A stretch of DNA of 64,000 bases from Terrimicrobiaceae bacterium (GTDB taxonomy: Bacteria; Verrucomicrobiota; Verrucomicrobiia; Chthoniobacterales; Terrimicrobiaceae). This document shows positions 58,352 to 64,000 of the stretch, piece by piece. The notes under the pieces are model-generated. The model had not been told where the DNA came from, did not search any database, and saw only the letters and a list, made by a program, of their open reading frames with translations. The stretch covers positions 225-64,224 of the forward strand of contig JAJTZA010000061.1 of NCBI GenBank assembly GCA_021463905.1. The letters run 5' to 3'. The position numbers and the translations under genes were made by a program. Position 1 is the stretch's first letter, and every line of letters begins with the position of its first letter.

Positions 58352-60751
58352 TCAGGCGACTTTTGTATAGAGGTATTTTTGGAAACCGGAGAAGGCCACG
58401 CCAACGTCGCTTCCCAGGTCGGCCATGGCGTCGGCGATGGAGTCGTCGTAGCGAAGGCGTAGCAGCGGGGCGAGTTTTTCCTGGGCGAGTTCCTCCACAC
58501 CCTCAGCGACATATTGGGAAAGCACGAAGTCGAGAAAGACCTGCTGCTTGGTGTTGAAATGAGTGCTGATTTCCACCTTGGCTTTGGCGGCGCGGGCTTC
58601 ACGGGTCAGCGGTGGCAGGGCGTAGGCAACGTGGACGAGCACGTCGAAGAGGTCGCTTTTTTCCGCCTCGATAATGCGTTGCATCTCGGCAAGCTGTTCG
58701 CTGCCGAAGCCGTGTTCTTCGAGGCCATCGAGGAGTTTTTTCCGCGTATCCGGTTGACTCCACAGGGCGCGCAGTTCGTCTTCGTTTTGGAAAAACTCCG
58801 GCAGTTTTCCGAAGAGAAGTTTCATGAATTGCGCCGCGCTCATCGGCGTGCCGTCGGGGTGCCAGAAGCTGGTCATCATCATGTGCTGGATTTGGCGTTC
58901 CTTGCCGTCGGCCAGCTTCACCCTGACCTTTTTCCGGCACACGCACGGACGCTGGCCGCACCGTGGACACGGCTCCTTCGGACAGGCGCAGGGGCTTTGG
59001 CTACACACTGGGCAGGGCTGGGGCGGTGGCGTCTCGCATGCGCAGGGGGATTGGCCGCACTTTGCGCACGCTTTCGGCTCCAGCGGCTCGCCGTCCCACT
59101 GCTCGTCATGAAAATGCAGGTGCGCTTTCACGAAGTCGTAAATCGTGAAGTAGTCCTTGCCGTCGAACAGGCGGGTGCCACGTCCGATGATCTGTTTGAA
59201 CTCGATCATCGAATTGATCGGGCGCAGCAGCACGATGTTGCGGATGTTCCGTGCGTCCACGCCGGTGCTGAGCTTCTGCGACGTGGTGAGGATGGTGGGA
59301 ATGGTTTTCTCGTTGTCCTGAAAATCGCGCAGGTGCTGCTCGCCGAGTGCGCCGTCGTCGGCGGTGACGCGCTGGCAGTAGTTGGGGTCCTTGCTGGTTT
59401 TGAGCTGATTGATGAGGTCGCGCACCAGCAGCGCGTGGGCCTGGGTGGCGCAGAAGACGAGCGTCTTCTCGTTCTGGTCGATCTGCGCCATGAAGATTTC
59501 CACGCGCTTCTTCTCGCGCTCGCGGATCTCGATGCTGCGGTTGAAATCCGGCTCGTCATAGACCTTGCCGACCTCGATCTCGCCTTCCACCACGGTGTCG
59601 TCGGAGGTGTAGGTGTAGTAGTCGAGGGTGGTCTGGATTTGTTTCACGCGGAAGGGCGTGAGGAAGCCGTCGTTGATGCCGTCCTTGAGCGAATAGACGA
59701 AGACCGGCTCGCCAAAATATTTGTAAGTGTCGGCGTTGACATCGCGCTTGGGCGTGGCGGTGAGGCCGAGCTGCACGGCGGGCGCGAAGTATTCCAAAAT
59801 GCCGCGCCAGGTGCTCTCGTCGTTCGCGCCGCCGCGATGGCATTCATCAATGACAATGAAGTCGAAAAAGTCGGGCGGATACTCGCCGAACCACGGCGTC
59901 GGTTTACCGTCCTTTTCCGGCCCCGACATGAAGGTCTGGAAAATGGTAAAGAACAGACTGCCGTTTTTCGGTACGGCACCCTTTTTGCGGATGTCCTCCG
60001 GTTTGATGCGCACGCACGAGCCGGGATGACTATCTTCAAAGGCGGAGAAGGCGTTATAGGCTTGGTTCGCCAAGATGTTGCGGTCCGCCAGGAACAGAAT
60101 GCGCGGGCGGCGCTCTACGTAGGCGGTGTCTGAGCTTGTCGAAGACAGGTTCCAGCGCGAGTGAAAGAGCTTCCAAGCGATCTGGAAGGCGATGAAGGTT
60201 TTGCCCGTGCCGGTGGCCAAGGTGAGCAGGATGCGTTTCTTGTTTTCGGAAATGGCGGCCAGCACGCGCTCGATGGCGGTGTCTTGGTAGTAGCGGCCCG
60301 GATGCGAGCCGCCTTTGTCCTCGAACGGCACGTCGGCGAAACGGTCGCGCCAAGCATTGGCCTCGGCGTGGGTGTAGGCCCACAACTCGTTCGGCGTCGG
60401 GTAGCAGGGGATTTCGCCTTCCCCGCCGGTTTGCATATCCACGCGGTAGATGCCGTGGCCGTTGGTCGAGCAGGCGTAGCGCACGGCGAGCTTGGCGGCG
60501 TAGTTTTTCGCCTGAGCGAGACCCTCGGTGACGGCGGCATCGGCGGCTTTGGCCTCGATGATAGCCAGCTTGGTGTTGCGGTATTCGAGGAGGTAGTCCG
60601 CCCGCAGCGGCTGGGCACGACGTCCATGGCCTTCGATGCGACCGGGAGCGATGATGTATTCGCGTCGGATGCGGCTGCCCGGCACCACGCCCCAGCCCGC
60701 CGCCGCGAGGGCGGGGTCAATGAGTTCGGCGCGGGTTTCGGTTTCGTTCAT
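58352..60751 (-). CDS. hsdR: Type I restriction enzyme R subunit
   Basis: N-terminal PD-(D/E)xK region (ADYLLEYRNTKLAIIEAKA), helicase motifs LATGTGKT, VIDECHRG, LTATP, QIIGRGTR. Cys-rich triple repeat before the C-terminal domain. Confidence 0.9.
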   Translation of the reverse strand: MNETETRAELIDPALAAAGWGVVPGSRIRREYIIAPGRIEGHGRRAQPLRADYLLEYRNTKLAIIEAKAADAAVTEGLAQAKNYAAKLAVRYACSTNGHGIYRVDMQTGGEGEIPCYPTPNELWAYTHAEANAWRDRFADVPFEDKGGSHPGRYYQDTAIERVLAAISENKKRILLTLATGTGKTFIAFQIAWKLFHSRWNLSSTSSDTAYVERRPRILFLADRNILANQAYNAFSAFEDSHPGSCVRIKPEDIRKKGAVPKNGSLFFTIFQTFMSGPEKDGKPTPWFGEYPPDFFDFIVIDECHRGGANDESTWRGILEYFAPAVQLGLTATPKRDVNADTYKYFGEPVFVYSLKDGINDGFLTPFRVKQIQTTLDYYTYTSDDTVVEGEIEVGKVYDEPDFNRSIEIREREKKRVEIFMAQIDQNEKTLVFCATQAHALLVRDLINQLKTSKDPNYCQRVTADDGALGEQHLRDFQDNEKTIPTILTTSQKLSTGVDARNIRNIVLLRPINSMIEFKQIIGRGTRLFDGKDYFTIYDFVKAHLHFHDEQWDGEPLEPKACAKCGQSPCACETPPPQPCPVCSQSPCACPKEPCPRCGQRPCVCRKKVRVKLADGKERQIQHMMMTSFWHPDGTPMSAAQFMKLLFGKLPEFFQNEDELRALWSQPDTRKKLLDGLEEHGFGSEQLAEMQRIIEAEKSDLFDVLVHVAYALPPLTREARAAKAKVEISTHFNTKQQVFLDFVLSQYVAEGVEELAQEKLAPLLRLRYDDSIADAMADLGSDVGVAFSGFQKYLYTKVA

Positions 60752-61755
60752 GGCTGTTTGAGGGTGTAGCGTCCGGTCTTTTTGCCGCCGATTTTTTCCA
60801 CCAGACCGGCTTTAAGGAGCGGATGCAGGAGATCCATAGCGCCCTGTTTGGAAACGGCGAGTGCCGCCCACAGCTCGGCGGGGGCCATGCTGCCGTGGTC
60901 GCGCAGCAGTTTGAGTAGCAATTCCTGTTTCGGACGCAGCACCAGTTTGGCCGGAGATTTCACGCTGAAAGCCTGCACGCGGAGCCATGCCTTTTCCAAG
61001 GTCAGGCACAGGCCCTCGGCGCAGTATTCCAGCCAGCCGGTGAGGTCTTCTCCGGCCACTCGCACGGCATCCAACGCGGCGTAGTAGCCGGGGCGATCTT
61101 CCCAATAGTATTCGTCCACGGAGAAAATGTGGTGGCTGTCGAAACCGCGCCGGTAGAGTTCCCACAACGCCAGTGCCCGACCCGTGCGGCCATTGCCATC
61201 GGCGAAGGGGTGAATGTGCTCGAAGCGGTAATGCAGAATCGCGGAACTCAGCACCGGGGAAAGTTGGATGGACTCTCGGTTCCACCATTCCAGCAGCTCG
61301 AACATCAGCCCGGAGACATCGGCAGCAGGGGGCGGCACATGACGGCCCACCCGCACTTGGATTGTCCGGTAGCAACCGGCCTGCCCCTGATCCATCACAC
61401 GGTCCGCCAGCAGCCGATGCAGCGCGAACACATCCTCGTGGCGGATGGTTTTCTTCTTCGCGTGTTTTTCCACATGACGCAGCCCGGCGAAGTAGTTCAG
61501 CACCTCGCGGCTCGAACGCGGGTCGGCGGCGGCGAGTTCACGCCCTTCTTCCAAGGCCCGCACTTGCTCAAGGGTCAGCGGGTTGCCTTCAATGGCGGTG
61601 GAGGCATGACCATTGCGGGTGCGTGTGTCCTTTTGCAGCGCGGGAATCCAGGAAAGCTCCACCGCCGCGCCTTGGATTCGCTCCCGCAAGGCCGCGATCC
61701 GCTCCACCTGCGAAAGCAGGCGCGGGGTGACGCGAAACTCCGGTGCGTAGGCCAT
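60748..61755 (-). CDS. Fic-family protein (AMPylase-type), class II with an N-terminal inhibitory motif and a C-terminal wHTH
   Basis: Start at MAYAPEFRV (ATG 61755). Inhibitory STAIEG (SxxxEG), active site HPFADGNGRTGR. ATGA overlap with the hsdR start. Confidence 0.85.
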   Translation of the reverse strand: MAYAPEFRVTPRLLSQVERIAALRERIQGAAVELSWIPALQKDTRTRNGHASTAIEGNPLTLEQVRALEEGRELAAADPRSSREVLNYFAGLRHVEKHAKKKTIRHEDVFALHRLLADRVMDQGQAGCYRTIQVRVGRHVPPPAADVSGLMFELLEWWNRESIQLSPVLSSAILHYRFEHIHPFADGNGRTGRALALWELYRRGFDSHHIFSVDEYYWEDRPGYYAALDAVRVAGEDLTGWLEYCAEGLCLTLEKAWLRVQAFSVKSPAKLVLRPKQELLLKLLRDHGSMAPAELWAALAVSKQGAMDLLHPLLKAGLVEKIGGKKTGRYTLKQP

Positions 61756-61795
61756 GAATATGAGTAAAGCGTGAGTCCAGCCATGAGTCAACCCG

Positions 61796-61939
61796 CTACA
61801 ACTCCCCGGCGAAAGCGCGGTGCAGCAGCGCCTGCTGCAACTCCGCCAGCGCCGCCGACTGCCGCGCATACACCCCCGCCAGGCGTTGGGTTTCGGCGGA
61901 GAGGGCGTCGAGCTGGGCGCTGGCTTCGGTATCGTTCAT
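61796..61939 (-). pseudogene. hsdS 3'-end remnant forming a 47-codon ORF whose first 8 codons resemble an hsdR start
   Basis: MNDTEASAQLDALSAETQRLAGVYARQSAALAELQQALLHRAFAGEL. The last ~39 codons are homologous to the intact hsdS C-terminus. ATGAACGATACCGAAGCC resembles the hsdR start ATGAACGAAACCGAAACC. Confidence 0.65.
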
Positions 61940-61949
61940 TCTCCCCGGG

Positions 61950-62900
61950 CTAAGTTGTCGGACCAGCGGGTTGCGTCGGAGTCTCGTTAAGAGACTCAAG
62001 TCCTTTCAAAACGTAGGTGGTGCGAACGCGACCGTTCTTGAACAGGACGGTGGTCTTCAGCAACACAGCCTGACAACGTTCATTGAAAAACCCCCGGTTC
62101 AAGGCGATGACCTGTTCCTCGGTCAGATTCTCGTCAATTTTCCCGCCAATGCTGTGATTTTCATCGGTGACGAAATCAAACCGCCACGATTCCAACAGAA
62201 CCTCTTTGAACACACCGCGTATTTTCAAAGTCTCTTCATTGGTGATGGTTCCGGCCACACGGTTGAACGCTTCGTTCGCCTCCACAGGATTCATCGAACA
62301 GCGAAAATCGCCACTCTCCAATCGCAATCCGGCCTTCCCCTTCGCCACCACCTCGAGAAATTCCCGCAGGTTCTGAATGACCCGAGGCGCGGTGGCATCG
62401 AGTTCAGCTGCAAAGTCCTCGTCGCTGCGCCCGGCCGATCCGACGAGCTTGGTCACATGCGCCAGCGTGTCTGCCAACTGACCTTCATCGAAAAGTTCAT
62501 CGTTGTCCGCACGGGTCAGTTCCAGCCCAAATGAGCCGCGCGGCAACCCGGTGAGCAGCAAACGGGAATTGGCTTCCCCATGGCGACGACCGCGACTGCC
62601 CACCACACCGTGCCAGCGGTCTGCGTAGTCCGCCATCACCATGCTTTGGAATGGTTCAAGAACCCGTCCCGCAAAACTCGCGTCAATCCCCATAGAGCCT
62701 TGCACCGGCTCGCCGGAGAAAAACAGGACGGTCCGCGCCTCTTTGTTGCCAAGTGGCAGGGCCGCAATCTTTTCTTTCAATTCTTCCTCCCGCTCCGCGA
62801 AAGAAACCGACATGAGCGGATGATCGCCTACCAACGCCTTCAACCGCTGCGTTTCGAGCAGTTGAACCTTCAAAAATTCTCTTTGTGCGCGTGTTGTCAT
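61950..62900 (-). CDS. Hypothetical 316-aa protein, second gene of the R-M-embedded cassette
   Basis: The ATG overlaps the upstream stop (ATGA). N-terminal coiled-coil-like segment. No motif recognised. GC looks lower than in the flanking genes. Confidence 0.6.
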   Translation of the reverse strand: MTTRAQREFLKVQLLETQRLKALVGDHPLMSVSFAEREEELKEKIAALPLGNKEARTVLFFSGEPVQGSMGIDASFAGRVLEPFQSMVMADYADRWHGVVGSRGRRHGEANSRLLLTGLPRGSFGLELTRADNDELFDEGQLADTLAHVTKLVGSAGRSDEDFAAELDATAPRVIQNLREFLEVVAKGKAGLRLESGDFRCSMNPVEANEAFNRVAGTITNEETLKIRGVFKEVLLESWRFDFVTDENHSIGGKIDENLTEEQVIALNRGFFNERCQAVLLKTTVLFKNGRVRTTYVLKGLESLNETPTQPAGPTT

Positions 62901-63460
62901 GGTGTGGCCTTGGCAAGTTCCTGCCGCGCTGCCGTATCCTCAGTGGGTGTGTTCAGTTCGATTCTCAACATCCCTTTCCACACGCCCTGTCGGTTATGGG
63001 AGAAAAGGAGAATCCAGTAACGGGTCTGCTCCAGCGTGACCGTGGGGTCGAACCCGGCGTCGAAATTGTAGTGATCTAGGCTGTAATTCGCCTTCGAGAG
63101 AACCGGACTCGCAAATTCTCGAAACCGGGAGGCGAGGCCCGTCTGAAACGTCCGGTCATAACCCCAGTAAACCGTCACCAAGTCGAGATCCTTGGGTGAC
63201 CGGCTCTCTCTCGTTTCGACGTCCTCCAGAAAACTTCCATCCACCCATTGAAAGCCGTTTGTCAGGCCTTCGCCACGAAGGCGTTTACGGAAATCCAAAA
63301 ACTTGCCCAGGATCGCCCGCCTTTCGGGAGACGTGCCCAGACGCTGGCAGAGATCCAAGGTCGTGCAGGGATACGGCGACAACTGACCACGATTCACCGG
63401 ATTTCCCAAGTGCGGCGGAAGAACCAGATTATGATCGAAAGCTGGAATCGGGTTAGACAT
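62897..63460 (-). CDS. Minimal polymerase-beta-fold nucleotidyltransferase-like protein (187 aa), first gene of the R-M-embedded cassette
   Basis: ATG 63460 (the track's TTG 63535 overlaps hsdS and is less likely). MSNPIPAFDHNLVLPPHLG N-terminus. GS...DxD pattern VDGSFLEDVETRESRSPKDLDLVTVY. Confidence 0.55.
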   Translation of the reverse strand: MSNPIPAFDHNLVLPPHLGNPVNRGQLSPYPCTTLDLCQRLGTSPERRAILGKFLDFRKRLRGEGLTNGFQWVDGSFLEDVETRESRSPKDLDLVTVYWGYDRTFQTGLASRFREFASPVLSKANYSLDHYNFDAGFDPTVTLEQTRYWILLFSHNRQGVWKGMLRIELNTPTEDTAARQELAKATP

Positions 63461-63518
63461 CAAATTAGGCAATAAGGTCTCGGAAACGGTAATGGATCGA
63501 GGTTCATTAGGCGAGCCT

Positions 63519-64000
63519 TTAAAGCTCCCCGGCAAAGGCCTGGTGCAGCAGCGCCTGTTTCAACTCCGCCAGCGCCGCCGACTGCCGCGCATACACCCCC
63601 GCCAGCCGCTGTGTCTCGGCGGAAAGGGCGTCGAGCTGCGCGGCGATGCGACGTTGTTCGGGGAGGGGTGGGAGTGAAATCAGCACCGCGCCAAGCTTTG
63701 TTGGGGAGGTATGGCGAACCTTCGTGCCCGATGCCGAGTCCTGAATGGATTGCCGGACCGCAGGCAGATTGAAGACGTGAAAGAAAAACCCGTTCAGCCA
63801 CGGAACACCGGGCTTTGCGGTGACGAGGCCGAGTCGCTGGTTGTGGAGAAACTTTCCTGACTCCGGCACGATAATAGGACTGCCGAGAAGACCGGCGGCT
63901 TGTTCTGTCATTGCAACCAGCATGTCTCCTTTTGTGAGAACGTAGTCCTGTGGAATTGGACCGGCATAAAACTTTTGTTTCTCGCCCCGGTCGCGGTAGC
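63519..64000 (-). CDS. hsdS: Type I restriction-modification specificity subunit, C-terminal part; the 5' end lies outside the window
   Basis: The frame is open to the window edge (...PQDYVLTKGDMLVAMTEQ...). Conserved C-terminal helix LPPLPEQRRIAAQLDALSAETQRLAGVYARQSAALAELKQALLHQAFAGEL. Confidence 0.85.
   Translation of the reverse strand, partial: YRDRGEKQKFYAGPIPQDYVLTKGDMLVAMTEQAAGLLGSPIIVPESGKFLHNQRLGLVTAKPGVPWLNGFFFHVFNLPAVRQSIQDSASGTKVRHTSPTKLGAVLISLPPLPEQRRIAAQLDALSAETQRLAGVYARQSAALAELKQALLHQAFAGEL

Noticed and set aside
57474-64000. A phase-variable hsdS shufflon, suggested by multiple hsdS tail copies.
   Set aside because: All three hsdS-tail repeats are direct, not inverted. The extra copies carry no target-recognition domains. 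No site-specific recombinase is present in the window.

Overview
This is a high-GC bacterial chromosomal segment, roughly 60-65% GC judged by eye. The gene content suggests a Verrucomicrobiota/PVC-type genome, which is an inference only: three PEP-CTERM sorting tails, TIGR03790- and DUF2851-like genes, futalosine menaquinone genes, and pervasive 4-nt ATGA/GTGA start-stop overlaps.

Positions 1 to ~56.7 kb are mostly housekeeping. They hold lysA, nagB, argD-argF, purD, nagZ, nadD-rsfS, a CAU-anticodon tRNA plus rpsT, mrdA, infB-nusA, mqnE-mqnA, pta, recN, nuoE-nuoF, rpsN, miaA-hflX, rlpA and ovoA. Mixed in are several less ordinary loci:
- a tightly coupled TPR / ExbB / ExbD / ExbD / vWA operon;
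- a beta-helix protein fused to a degenerate AAA+ module and a zinc ribbon;
- two PEP-CTERM zinc-metalloprotease paralogues;
- a ClpX paralogue without a zinc finger;
- an rpsN gene outside any ribosomal-protein cluster, with AT-rich palindromes upstream.

The last ~7.3 kb (56.7-64.0 kb) is an accessory type I restriction-modification (R-M) island on the minus strand. In transcription order it reads: hsdS (partial at the window edge), an uncharacterised two-gene cassette (a polymerase-beta-type nucleotidyltransferase-like protein plus a 316-aa orphan), a 47-codon hsdS/hsdR chimeric remnant, a Fic AMPylase-type gene, then hsdR carrying a Cys-rich triple repeat. A decayed second hsdS-fic-hsdR module follows.

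The two-gene cassette is my best candidate for a previously undescribed defence or toxin-antitoxin (TA)-like system. It is bracketed by direct repeats of the hsdS 3' end.

All calls come from reading the translated ORFs and the nucleotide sequence. No database search was possible.
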